64,000 nucleotides of DNA from Planctomycetota bacterium (lineage in GTDB: Bacteria > Planctomycetota > JAJSAM01 > JAJVHW01), in the NCBI GenBank assembly GCA_965248445.1, contig CBDFJG010000003.1, forward strand, positions 512,001-576,000, read 5' to 3'. Below, in pieces: positions 38,854-47,826 of this stretch; position 1 is the stretch's first letter, and the number at the start of each line of letters is the position of its first letter. The position numbers and the translations under genes were made by a program. The notes beneath the pieces were generated by a model. The model was given only the letters and a program-made list of their open reading frames with translations, had not been told where the DNA came from and ran no database searches.

Positions 38854-39543
38854 TTGAACCAGGCCAAGTCCGCTGTCGACTTCGAACGCCTCACCGCCGG
38901 CACGGTGACGGACGAGGTCGGTCCGCGCCACCGCGGCTGGAGCTTCGTGCGCTCGAAGCACGCGCTGGACTGCTTGGTCGCGGTCACGCTGCTGACACTC
39001 TTCGCGCCGTTCATCGCACTGGCCGCGCTCGCGATCGAGTTGACGTCGCCCGGCGCCGCGTTCTTCGTGCAGTGGCGCGTCGGGCGGCACGGCCGGCTGT
39101 TCCGCATGTTCAAGCTGCGGACGATGGCGACCGACGCCGAGGTCGCGTCCGGACCGGTCTGGTCCACCGAAGCGGACCCGCGAATCACGGTCATCGGCCG
39201 CATCCTGCGCGCGACGCACCTCGACGAGCTGCCTCAGCTCATCAACGTGCTGAAGGGCGAGATGAGCCTTGTCGGGCCCCGCCCGGAGCGCCCGATGTTC
39301 GTGAAGCGGCTCACTCGCGAGATCCCGCACTACGCGGCACGCCTCGAGATCCGCCCGGGCATCACCGGACTGGCCCAGGTCTGCCAGGCCGCCGATCAGA
39401 CGATGGAGGACGTGAAGTCCAAGCTCGCCTTCGACCTCACTTACATCCGCCGCATGGGCTGGTGGATCGACGCGCGAATTCTGGTGGCCACCGTCGGCAA
39501 GGCGCTTCATCTGCGTGCCCCGCGGCCGATAGTCGCGGTATGA
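38854..39543 (+). CDS. Bacterial sugar transferase (priming phosphoglycosyltransferase, WcaJ/WbaP C-terminal type)
   Basis: KHALD, one TM, FKLRTM, DPRIT, LDELPQL.NVLKGEMSLVGPRP, RPGITGLAQV; start codon uncertain. Confidence 0.92.
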   Translation: MNQAKSAVDFERLTAGTVTDEVGPRHRGWSFVRSKHALDCLVAVTLLTLFAPFIALAALAIELTSPGAAFFVQWRVGRHGRLFRMFKLRTMATDAEVASGPVWSTEADPRITVIGRILRATHLDELPQLINVLKGEMSLVGPRPERPMFVKRLTREIPHYAARLEIRPGITGLAQVCQAADQTMEDVKSKLAFDLTYIRRMGWWIDARILVATVGKALHLRAPRPIVAV

Positions 39544-40406
39544 AGAACCTGCTCACGATCGACGTCGAGGAGTACTTCCAGGTGGAGGGCTTCGCCGACG
39601 TCGTGGATCGTGGCGAGTGGGATCGCTACGAGAGCCGCGTCGTGCCGAGCACCCGGCGGCTGCTCGACCTGCTCGACGACACCGGTCACAAGGCCACGTT
39701 CTTCGTGCTGGCCTGGTGTGCCGAGCGTCACCCGGCAATGGTCCGAGAGATCGTGAGCCGCGGCCACGAGGTCGCGAGCCACGGCTACGGGCACCGCATG
39801 ATCACGTCCCAGGACGCGGACTCGTTCCGTGCTGACCTGCGGCGCAGCCGCGAGGTGCTCGAGAGGTTGACCGGTCGCCGGATGCTCGGCTATCGCGCGC
39901 CGTCGTTCTCGATCACCCCTGCGACGCCATGGGCGCATGAGGTGATCGCGGAGGAGGGGTTCGCGTACAGCTCGTCCGTGTTCCCTGTGCACCACGATCG
40001 CTACGGCATCCCTGACGCGCCGCGCACGCCGTGGCAGGTGGACACCGCCGCCGGACCGCTCACCGAACTGCCGCCGCTCACGCTGCGCATGGCGGGCCAG
40101 AACCTGCCGGTCGCCGGTGGGGGATACATGCGGCTCCTGCCCGTGCGCCTCGTGGCGCACGCCGTTCGCAGGATGAACGCTGCCGGCGCCCCGGCCATGC
40201 TCTACCTGCACCCGTGGGAAGTGGACCCCGAGCAGCCCCGCCTGCCCGGCCGCCGCGCCAACAAGTTCCGTCACTACGTCGGCCTGGACCGCATGCACGA
40301 GAAGCTGCGCTACCTGCTCGAACGCTTCGAGTTCGAGACCGTCGCCGCGCACCTCGAGCTGTCGACGCAGCCGGGCGGGCGCGCACCCCGCACCGTCGCC
40401 GTCTGA
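39540..40406 (+). CDS. Polysaccharide deacetylase of exosortase-type EPS loci
   Basis: TIDVEEYFQV, ATFF, HEVASHGYGH, GYRAPSFS, GGGY.RL, YLHPWE.DP.QP. Confidence 0.9.
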   Translation: MKNLLTIDVEEYFQVEGFADVVDRGEWDRYESRVVPSTRRLLDLLDDTGHKATFFVLAWCAERHPAMVREIVSRGHEVASHGYGHRMITSQDADSFRADLRRSREVLERLTGRRMLGYRAPSFSITPATPWAHEVIAEEGFAYSSSVFPVHHDRYGIPDAPRTPWQVDTAAGPLTELPPLTLRMAGQNLPVAGGGYMRLLPVRLVAHAVRRMNAAGAPAMLYLHPWEVDPEQPRLPGRRANKFRHYVGLDRMHEKLRYLLERFEFETVAAHLELSTQPGGRAPRTVAV

Positions 40407-40537
40407 TCGCGCTCGCGCACTCCCGCGGTCTATGATGGCCGCCGCGCGCCGGCGCCGCTCTGGCGCCGAGGAGAACTCGCCTGCGCAGCTCACAGACATC
40501 GGCACGCACCCCCGTCGCGGGACACGCTGCGCTGCTC

Positions 40538-42685
40538 GTGGCCACGGTCGTCGCGTTCGGGTTGTTCTGGTTCGGGCGTTCCGCGTGGGGCGGCCACTTC
40601 CTCGCGGACCACTCCCCGGGCAAGGACGTCTACCACCTCGGCACGCTGTACGCGCGCTGGGCGCACCATGTCGGGAACGGGCACTTCCCCGCGTGGTTCC
40701 CCGAGTTCGCCGGGGGTTTCCCCGTGGGGTCCGCGTGGATGTACGGCCTGTTCTACCCCGGACAGCTCCTCTTCGTCGTGCTGCCGGTGCAAGCCGCGTG
40801 GACGTGGAGCGCGATCCTGCACATGGCGTTCGGCGGTCTGGGTGTGTACCTCCTCGTCAGGGACGAGACGCGGAGTCCGCTCGGCGCGCTGACCGCAGGG
40901 CTGGCGTTCGCGCTGAGCGAGTTCATGGTCGGCCGCGTGCTGTGCGGACACCTCAACCTCGTCGCGCCGATGGCCTGGGCACCGTGGACGTTCCTGGCCG
41001 TCACGCGCATCGTCGCCGGCAGCCGGCCCGCCGTAGCGTGGGGCGCGCTCTGCCTGGCGCTCGGCGTGCTCGCGGGACACGTGCAAGTGTGGTTCTACAT
41101 GGCGCCGGCGCTCGTCCTGTTCGCGGGCCACCGCTGGTACCGCGCCCGCGCAGACGCAGACGCAGACGCAGACGCAGCCGGCGCCGGACGCCGGCTGCTC
41201 CTCGGCGGCGCGCTCGCCGTGCTGCTCACGGCTGTGCAGTGGCTTCCGGCACTCGAACTCACCTCGCTCGCGGGGAGCGCGGTGGCGGACAGGACCGGGA
41301 TCGACGCGTTCTGTGCTCCCGCCCACCAGCTGGCCTCGAAGGTCTTCCCAGGTGTGTTCGGACACCGTCCCGGCGCGTACTGGGCGCCGGACACGGCAGA
41401 GCACGAGTTCACGGCGATCGGTGGACTGCTCCTCATCGTGTTGCTCCTCCCGGCGCTCACCAGGCGGGCGCAGGGAGCGCGTGTCTGGGCCGCCCTCGCG
41501 GCGCTGGGGCTGCTGCTTGCGCCGGGAGTGCACAACCCGCTGAGCGAGCTGCTCAACACAGTGCCGCCGTTCTCGTTCGGCCGCACGCCTGCGCGCGCGC
41601 TCGGCCTCGTGGTCCTCGGGGTGAGCGTGCTCGTGGGGCATGGCGTCGCCCGCTGGACCAGCGAGGAGGTCGCGCCTCGCATCCCGGTGGCGGCCGGCAT
41701 CGCGGGTGTCCTCGGCGTGGCGGCGCTCGCGTTGGTGTTCGCGCGGCTTCCGGGGGGCACTCCGCGCGCGGACGTGGTGGCGACCGCGGTCGTGGCGGGG
41801 GTGGGCACCGCCGGCGCGGCACTCGTGGTGCTCGCACTGCGGCGGCGTCACCCGCGCGCAGTCGCTGTGTTGCCGGTGCTCGTCGTCGTGGCCGCGTCGC
41901 TCGGGGGCGTGCCGCCCGCGAGCACGGTCGATGCACGCTTCTTCCACACGGACTGGATGGCGCATCTCCCTCCGGACCTCGCCGAGCACCGTGTGCACCT
42001 GCTCGGCCACGGCTTCCCCAACGTCGAACGCCAGGGTGTGCGGACGCTGCGCGAACTCTGTTACCTGGACGCGCCGTGGTACCGCCGCTTCCGCGAGGAT
42101 GCCGTCCCGGAGCGGGCTGCGTGGCTCGACGTGGGGGCGCAGCTCTCCGGCATCGCCAATGACCGGTTGTTCGCCCCGGACCTCGGCGCAGAGGACGTCC
42201 TGGTGCGCACGTACGAGACGCACGGCGCGGCCAGGCTCTTCGCCTCAGCGCAGATGGAGGTGTCGGACGCCGCGGCACTCGCGGCGCTGGACCGCGGCGC
42301 GCTGACGCTGCACCTCGCGGACGCCGCGTCATGGCCTCGTTCGTCCCCGACAGCGCCCCGGGGCATGGTCGATTCGGTCCGCGTCGTTCCCGGCGACGAT
42401 CCGGGGACACTGGAGTACGACGTCACCTCGCTCAACCGCGGATGGCTATTCGTCAGCGAGAAGCACTTCCCCGGCTGGGAGGCCGACGTGAACGGCGTCT
42501 CCAGACCGATCCATCGCGCGAACGTGATGTTCCGGGCGGTCCAGGTGCCCCCCGGCGGCGGGCGCGTGACGATGAACTACCGCCCGGCCCCGCTTCGCCG
42601 AGGCGCGTGGATCTCACTCGCCGCACTGCTCCTCACGCTCGCGCTGTTCGTGTGGTCGCGGCGCGGCCAGCCGGCGCCGAGTTAG
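40538..42685 (+). CDS. YfhO-like GT-C fold membrane glycosyltransferase
   Basis: P.W.P....G.P, LFYP, many TMs, AVQWLPALEL, C-terminal FPGWEA.VNG....I.RAN..FRAV.VPPG...V...Y.P; start uncertain. Confidence 0.8.
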   Translation: MATVVAFGLFWFGRSAWGGHFLADHSPGKDVYHLGTLYARWAHHVGNGHFPAWFPEFAGGFPVGSAWMYGLFYPGQLLFVVLPVQAAWTWSAILHMAFGGLGVYLLVRDETRSPLGALTAGLAFALSEFMVGRVLCGHLNLVAPMAWAPWTFLAVTRIVAGSRPAVAWGALCLALGVLAGHVQVWFYMAPALVLFAGHRWYRARADADADADAAGAGRRLLLGGALAVLLTAVQWLPALELTSLAGSAVADRTGIDAFCAPAHQLASKVFPGVFGHRPGAYWAPDTAEHEFTAIGGLLLIVLLLPALTRRAQGARVWAALAALGLLLAPGVHNPLSELLNTVPPFSFGRTPARALGLVVLGVSVLVGHGVARWTSEEVAPRIPVAAGIAGVLGVAALALVFARLPGGTPRADVVATAVVAGVGTAGAALVVLALRRRHPRAVAVLPVLVVVAASLGGVPPASTVDARFFHTDWMAHLPPDLAEHRVHLLGHGFPNVERQGVRTLRELCYLDAPWYRRFREDAVPERAAWLDVGAQLSGIANDRLFAPDLGAEDVLVRTYETHGAARLFASAQMEVSDAAALAALDRGALTLHLADAASWPRSSPTAPRGMVDSVRVVPGDDPGTLEYDVTSLNRGWLFVSEKHFPGWEADVNGVSRPIHRANVMFRAVQVPPGGGRVTMNYRPAPLRRGAWISLAALLLTLALFVWSRRGQPAPS
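41150..41179 (+). repeat. In-frame hexanucleotide tandem repeat (GCAGAC)x4 plus GCAGCC
   Basis: Read directly; encodes ADADADADAA. Confidence 0.9.
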
Positions 42686-43146
42686 AGACCCGACTCGAAG
42701 CTGTCCGGAACGTCGAGATCGCGAGTGCGCGCGCTGCGCGACCACGCCTCCCAGCGGGCCGCCGTCGGGAACTGCAGCACCACGATCAGCAGCATTGCGG
42801 CAACGGCTACACCCAGCGCGAGGGGGGTGCCCTCGAGCAGGTAGGCGACGCAGCCGAACAGCCCCCCGAACTCGAGGATGGCGCCGCCGCCGAGCGCGAA
42901 CATCGCAGCACCCTTCTCCTTGCCGAGCATCACCTTGCGCGCGAGGAGGCGCACGAACAGCGACAGGACGAGCATGCCCGCGGCGATGTTGGAGAGCAGC
43001 GGCGTACTCTCCGCGGCTTCGCGAGGCGGGTCCTGCTGCCACAGGAACCAACAGACCCCGAGGAAGATCGCGATCCCGACGACGAGCGCGCTCACCATGA
43101 TCGCGGAGGCGCTCCGCATCTTGGCGTCTTCCTGGTCAGTCACCAT
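42682..43146 (-). CDS. Hypothetical four-TM membrane protein
   Basis: ATG 43146 with GGAGGA RBS; hydrophobic segments; FPT motif near the C-terminus. Confidence 0.7.
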   Translation of the reverse strand: MVTDQEDAKMRSASAIMVSALVVGIAIFLGVCWFLWQQDPPREAAESTPLLSNIAAGMLVLSLFVRLLARKVMLGKEKGAAMFALGGGAILEFGGLFGCVAYLLEGTPLALGVAVAAMLLIVVLQFPTAARWEAWSRSARTRDLDVPDSFESGL

Positions 43147-43222
43147 CGCGTCCTCCACTTGCTGCCAGCACGCGAGGGTAGTTGCGAGCGCCGGGCTTTC
43201 CAACGGTGAGGGAAACTGTGTC

Positions 43223-43708
43223 ATGCACACAGCCGCCGGACTAGCCGACCTCCACTCCCGGACCCACCGGAGTCTCCAGAAGCTCCTCGACCACTGCGCC
43301 CAGTTCTCGGGCGACGAGCTGCGGCGAGAGCTGGACGGATTCGGCTACTCGACGATCCTCCTGCAGCTCCACCACGTGATCGGTGCCGAGGCGTACTGGA
43401 TCGGCGTGTTGCGCGGCCTGATACTCGTCGACGAAGTGGATAGCGATCACGAGTCGATCGACGCCCTCCGCGCGTTCCGCACGCGCATCGCGGAGTCGAC
43501 CGCGTTGTACCTCGGTGCGACAACGGACGCCGACCTGAACACCCGCCGATCCATGACGACCTGGGGCGGCAAGCAGCAGGACCTCGTGCCCGCGAACGTC
43601 CTGCTCCGCACGCAGACGCACGTCTTCCAGCACCAGGGACAAGTTGCCGCGATGTGCCGCCTACTCGGCCGGCCGATTCCGCCAGATCTCGACTTCCCAC
43701 TGGGCTGA
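43223..43708 (+). CDS. DinB-family protein
   Basis: LHHVIGAEAYW and THVFQHQGQV..MCRLLG metal-binding His pattern. Confidence 0.85.
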   Translation: MHTAAGLADLHSRTHRSLQKLLDHCAQFSGDELRRELDGFGYSTILLQLHHVIGAEAYWIGVLRGLILVDEVDSDHESIDALRAFRTRIAESTALYLGATTDADLNTRRSMTTWGGKQQDLVPANVLLRTQTHVFQHQGQVAAMCRLLGRPIPPDLDFPLG

Positions 43709-43782
43709 GCCTGCCTGGTTCCGGTTCACTTCGTCCGGCACGGCTCGGCGTTACGCGATACTGGGTGCCGTCGGAGGACACG

Positions 43783-44916
43783 ATGGACGAGGAACTCCTC
43801 AGGAGGCGCCTAGCGCTGCGCGCGCGCTGCCGCGGGATCCACGGCCCGGCGGCGACCGACGCGACAGCGGAACTCGCGCGGACGGCGGCGTGGTGCGCTG
43901 AGCACGACGTCACGCAGGACGAGTACGGCGCTGGCGGCCTGATCGAGGACTTCGAGACCAAGCTCGCCGCGCTGTTCGCCACCGAAGCGGCGCGCTTCCT
44001 CCCGACCGGCACGATGGGGCAGGGGATCGCCATGCGGCTCTGGTGTGGCCCGGGTGGTGCAGGCGGCGTCGGCGGTCACTTCGGCATGCATCCCACGAGC
44101 CACCTCGAGCTTCACGAGGAGCGCGGGTACGAGCACCTCTTCGGGCTGCGCGCCACGCTGGTTGGCCCGGCGGACCGCGTGATGCTCGCCGAGGACCTCG
44201 CCGCGGTCACCGAGCCCCTCGGCGCACTGCTCATCGAACTGCCGTCGCGCGAGAACGGCGGGCAGCTCCCTACCTGGGAGCAACTCGTCGAGCTCTGCGA
44301 CCTGGCCCGCGAGCGCGACATCAAGTTGCACCTCGACGGGGCGCGGATCTGGGAAGCGCAGCCGGCGTACGGGCGTCCGTTGAGCGAGCTGGCGGCGCTG
44401 TTCGACTCGGTTTACGTCTCGTTCTACAAGGGCATCGGCGCGCTCCCCGGCGCCATGCTCCTCGGCCCGCGAGAGTTCATCGACGAGGCGCAGACCTGGC
44501 AGCGCCGCATGGGCGGCAACCTCTACACGCTGCTCCCCAACGTCGCGTCGGCGGCCAGTCGCCTCAACGACCGGCTCGCCCGGTTTCCCGCCTACCGCGA
44601 ACGCGCCCTAGCGTTCGCCGCCGCACTGCGTGACGTCCCGGGGGTGCATGTCATTCCCGATCCACCGCACGTCAACATGATGCACGTCGTGCTCGACCTC
44701 GCGCCCGCCGACGCCGGTGGCGCCCGTGACCGCGCTGCCGAGGCCACCGGCGTCTGGCTCTTCAACGGCACCCGCCCGCGCGACGACCCGAATCAGTCGT
44801 TCTTGGAGCTGTACATCGCCGAGGCTGCGATGGACGTCACGGACGCGGAGGTCGCCGCCGCGTTCCGAGCTCTGGTTGTGCCGGATGACACTCGGCGCAC
44901 TCGTCGAGAACAGTGA
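43783..44916 (+). CDS. Low-specificity threonine aldolase family (PLP-dependent)
   Basis: PTGTM, HLELHE, HLDGARIWE, SFYKGIG; GGAGG RBS before ATG 43783. Confidence 0.88.
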   Translation: MDEELLRRRLALRARCRGIHGPAATDATAELARTAAWCAEHDVTQDEYGAGGLIEDFETKLAALFATEAARFLPTGTMGQGIAMRLWCGPGGAGGVGGHFGMHPTSHLELHEERGYEHLFGLRATLVGPADRVMLAEDLAAVTEPLGALLIELPSRENGGQLPTWEQLVELCDLARERDIKLHLDGARIWEAQPAYGRPLSELAALFDSVYVSFYKGIGALPGAMLLGPREFIDEAQTWQRRMGGNLYTLLPNVASAASRLNDRLARFPAYRERALAFAAALRDVPGVHVIPDPPHVNMMHVVLDLAPADAGGARDRAAEATGVWLFNGTRPRDDPNQSFLELYIAEAAMDVTDAEVAAAFRALVVPDDTRRTRREQ

Positions 44917-45001
44917 GTCGCACCTCGACACGCCGTTTCGCGCCAGGCTTGCCTTCGGTCCCCCTGTCGCTCACACTCGAACCGACGGGAGGGGGCTGAC
45001 G

Positions 45002-46309
45002 ATGTCGCACGTGCGGGCACGGAGGAGAACGGCCAGACGCTCGACGATCGTGGCGCTGGTCGTCGGGCTGGCGCTTGGGGCCGCCACGACGGCGTGGCCC
45101 CAAGACGTGGCTCAAGCGCCGCCCGGGATGGCCGACCACCTGGACGCCAAGGGCTACACGAAGGTGCAGCTGCCGCGAGGCACGACCGAGGTTGGTCCCG
45201 ACTCGAAGGACGAGTACTCGCTACAGCGCTTCGGGATCAACTGGAGCGAGAAGGGCGGCGATCCCTGGTTCTACATCTACGTGAAGCAGGTCCCCGCGTA
45301 CGCGCGTGCGAACCTCTGTGGATACCAGCGCGGCTGGCAGAGGTGGGGCGACCTGGTCGAGACCTCACCGGAGTACGGCGAGGGGGAGTACTGGGAACTC
45401 CGGCGCAAGGAGGCCGAGGCGTACTACCGTTATCGCGTCATCGAGCACGCGGGGCAGTGCTTCGAGATCATCTGCCAGGCCCGTACGCGCGTGCACGAGG
45501 ACCTGGGCGGCCTGATCAAGCTGATGCTTGCGTCGTTCGAGGGCGCGGGCCCCCCCGCGGAGCCAGAGCCGCCGGCAGACTTCAAGGTCAAGGAGGAGTT
45601 CGGCTGCCGCGTCTGGACCAACGCCAAGAAGGGGCGCGACAACCAGCGCATCCTCAAGTTGCACCAGAAGGCATGGGAGACGATGGCGGCCGGGCTGCCG
45701 GGTGATCTGATCGACACCGCAGCGCCGCGCGTCATCATCTGCCAGGACGACGAGAGCTACCGCAAGGTCTGGAACAGCAAGAAGGGACTGCCCGCGTACT
45801 GCTTCATCGCGTCGAACCTGCGCGCACTGGTGGTTCGGCTCAGCATGCGCCGCGACAAGGAGTTCGAGCAGGCGCTCCAGCGCGCAGCCTGTGCACAGTA
45901 CGTCCGGGCGTTCTTCGGCGGGCCGACGCCGGCCTGGATCGAGGACGGCATGCGCATCTACGGAGTGCAGGGCGTCGTGGCGAACGGGAACTTCGACCAG
46001 CCGTTCAACAAGCCGATCGAGAAAGCACGGGAGGCGGCAGAGCGTCGCAACGCCCGGCTCGACGATCTCTTCGCGTTCGGAGTGGCCGACACCGTCGACC
46101 GTGACAGCCGCGATCACGAGCTCTACGCATGGCACTGGTTTTTCCGCCACGGCCCGGGCAAGGAGAAATACGGCGATCTCTACGACCGCCACCTCGCCAC
46201 GCTGCGCGAGTCCGGCAACGTGGCGGAGGCGCGCAAGGTGTGGGAGCCCGCCAACATGGACGACATGCGCGACGAGTTCCTCGCCTGGATCGCCAAGTGG
46301 CGCAAGTAG
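45002..46309 (+). CDS. Secreted hypothetical protein with degenerate gluzincin-like (DUF1570/peptidase MA-like) domain
   Basis: Signal peptide; LQRAACAQY..PAWIEDG where HExxH..PxWxxEG would be expected; YAWHWFF helix. Confidence 0.55.
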   Translation: MSHVRARRRTARRSTIVALVVGLALGAATTAWPQDVAQAPPGMADHLDAKGYTKVQLPRGTTEVGPDSKDEYSLQRFGINWSEKGGDPWFYIYVKQVPAYARANLCGYQRGWQRWGDLVETSPEYGEGEYWELRRKEAEAYYRYRVIEHAGQCFEIICQARTRVHEDLGGLIKLMLASFEGAGPPAEPEPPADFKVKEEFGCRVWTNAKKGRDNQRILKLHQKAWETMAAGLPGDLIDTAAPRVIICQDDESYRKVWNSKKGLPAYCFIASNLRALVVRLSMRRDKEFEQALQRAACAQYVRAFFGGPTPAWIEDGMRIYGVQGVVANGNFDQPFNKPIEKAREAAERRNARLDDLFAFGVADTVDRDSRDHELYAWHWFFRHGPGKEKYGDLYDRHLATLRESGNVAEARKVWEPANMDDMRDEFLAWIAKWRK

Positions 46310-46365
46310 CGCTCCGCACTGCAAGCGCGGGTGCGATGATCAATTCCGGTTCTGCGCGTCGACCC

Positions 46366-46511
46366 GAGTACCGAGAACGGTGGATTCCCTCACCGTGCGC
46401 GGTTGTTCGCCCCTGTGACTTGTTGACCGCAGCGTCCTTCACGCGCAGCGATGTCCTCGAGTAGATCTGCAAAAGCCCTCACGGTGAGAGATTCCACCGT
46501 TCTCGGTATTC
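46366..46511. repeat. REPIN/MITE-like intergenic inverted repeat
   Basis: 32-bp arms 46366-46397 and 46480-46511, 29/32 complementary, 82-bp spacer; each arm has an internal ACGGTG..CACCGT palindrome. Confidence 0.8.
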
Positions 46512-46647
46512 CGCGAGGCATGGACAGACCCGAAGTAGAGCGCAGCAGTATCCGGAGGCTTGAAAGTCGCCGGGATCGCGGTTTACCTGGGGGCGCCTGT
46601 CGTCTCGCTGTCCGAACGGCTGCGGCGATCGTCAATGGGAGGGTCTC

Positions 46648-47769
46648 GTGATGACGAGTCCGATCAAGACCGCGCTGGCGGTGTGTGCAGCGCTCCTCAT
46701 CGGTGTGGGGGGCACACTCATCGCGCAACGAGCACCCGATGGGCAAGACGACCCGGCGCCCGCGCAGGACGACGCGGCCACCGCAGTGCCGCAACGCGAG
46801 CGGGGTCCGACCCGCGAGCGCGCCCGTGTCGCGGCGATGCAGTCGGACCTCGATCGCCTGCAGGATCGGCAGGACAAGCTGGAGGCGGCACTGCGCTCGC
46901 TCACCGAGCAGTTGGCGGAACGGGATCGCGCGATTGCGGCGCTCCAGCAGTCTGGGGGCGGCGCCGTAGCACCGGCGGGCACCAAGGGCAACAAGGGCGG
47001 CAAGGCGGGCAAGGCGGGCAAGACGCAGGCAGCACTGCCGCCGCTGCACGCATCGGTGGCGGCCGACGACGCCGCGGCCGTGCGCGCTCTCCTTGCGAGT
47101 GATGGCATCGACCTCGACGCGAGGGATGGGAGGGGGCGGAGCCCGCTCTTCCACTGCAAGAGCGCGGAGGTGGCGAAGCTCCTGATCGCCGCCGGGATGG
47201 ACGTCCAGGCGACGGACGACTCGGGCAACTCGCCGCTGTTCCTGAACGAGCACGCCGAGGTCGTTGAGGTGCTGCTCGCGGCGGGTGTCGACGCGAACCA
47301 CCGGGGCGGCGCCCGCATGACGCCTCTGTTCAATCTGCAGAGCGCCGACGTCGGCAGGGCGCTGCTCGAGCGCGGAGCGGATACGAGTCTCCGCGACGCG
47401 CTGGGCCGCACTCCGCTCCACACGCCGCGCTATCCGGCGACGACCGGGCTCCTGATCGAGCAGGGGCTCGACCCGAACGCCGTCGATAACGGCGGGATGA
47501 CCCCGCTCTTCCGCGCCTACGACGAGGAGGTCATCGGGCTGCTCATCGACGCAGGTGCCGACGTGAACGCACGCGACCACGCCAGACGCTCGCCCCTCTT
47601 CAACGCTCAGTCGCCGGAGGGCATGCGGCGGCTCATCCAATCCGGCGCGGACGTGAACGCGCGGGACGAGAACGGCGTGTCCGTGCTCGCCTCGCACAGG
47701 AAGCGAAACAGGAAAGGCCGCGGCAGCGCGGTCATCAAGGTCCTGGTCGACGCGGGCGCTACGGAGTAG
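46648..47769 (+). CDS. Secreted coiled-coil plus ankyrin-repeat protein
   Basis: Signal peptide, coiled coil, GKAGKAGK linker, repeated G.(T/S)PLF...LL..GADVNARD units. Confidence 0.88.
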   Translation: MMTSPIKTALAVCAALLIGVGGTLIAQRAPDGQDDPAPAQDDAATAVPQRERGPTRERARVAAMQSDLDRLQDRQDKLEAALRSLTEQLAERDRAIAALQQSGGGAVAPAGTKGNKGGKAGKAGKTQAALPPLHASVAADDAAAVRALLASDGIDLDARDGRGRSPLFHCKSAEVAKLLIAAGMDVQATDDSGNSPLFLNEHAEVVEVLLAAGVDANHRGGARMTPLFNLQSADVGRALLERGADTSLRDALGRTPLHTPRYPATTGLLIEQGLDPNAVDNGGMTPLFRAYDEEVIGLLIDAGADVNARDHARRSPLFNAQSPEGMRRLIQSGADVNARDENGVSVLASHRKRNRKGRGSAVIKVLVDAGATE

Positions 47770-47826
47770 TGGCGGGGGGGTGGGGGCGCCGGTAACCGGA
47801 CCCTGACGGCGGTGCCTGGCCCACTG

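Noticed and set aside
40432..40540. Possible extra frameshift at the 5' end of the YfhO-like gene (ATG 40432 in a different frame)
   Set aside because: An in-frame GTG (40538) or upstream CTG start explains the gene without a lesion; cannot be resolved without homologs
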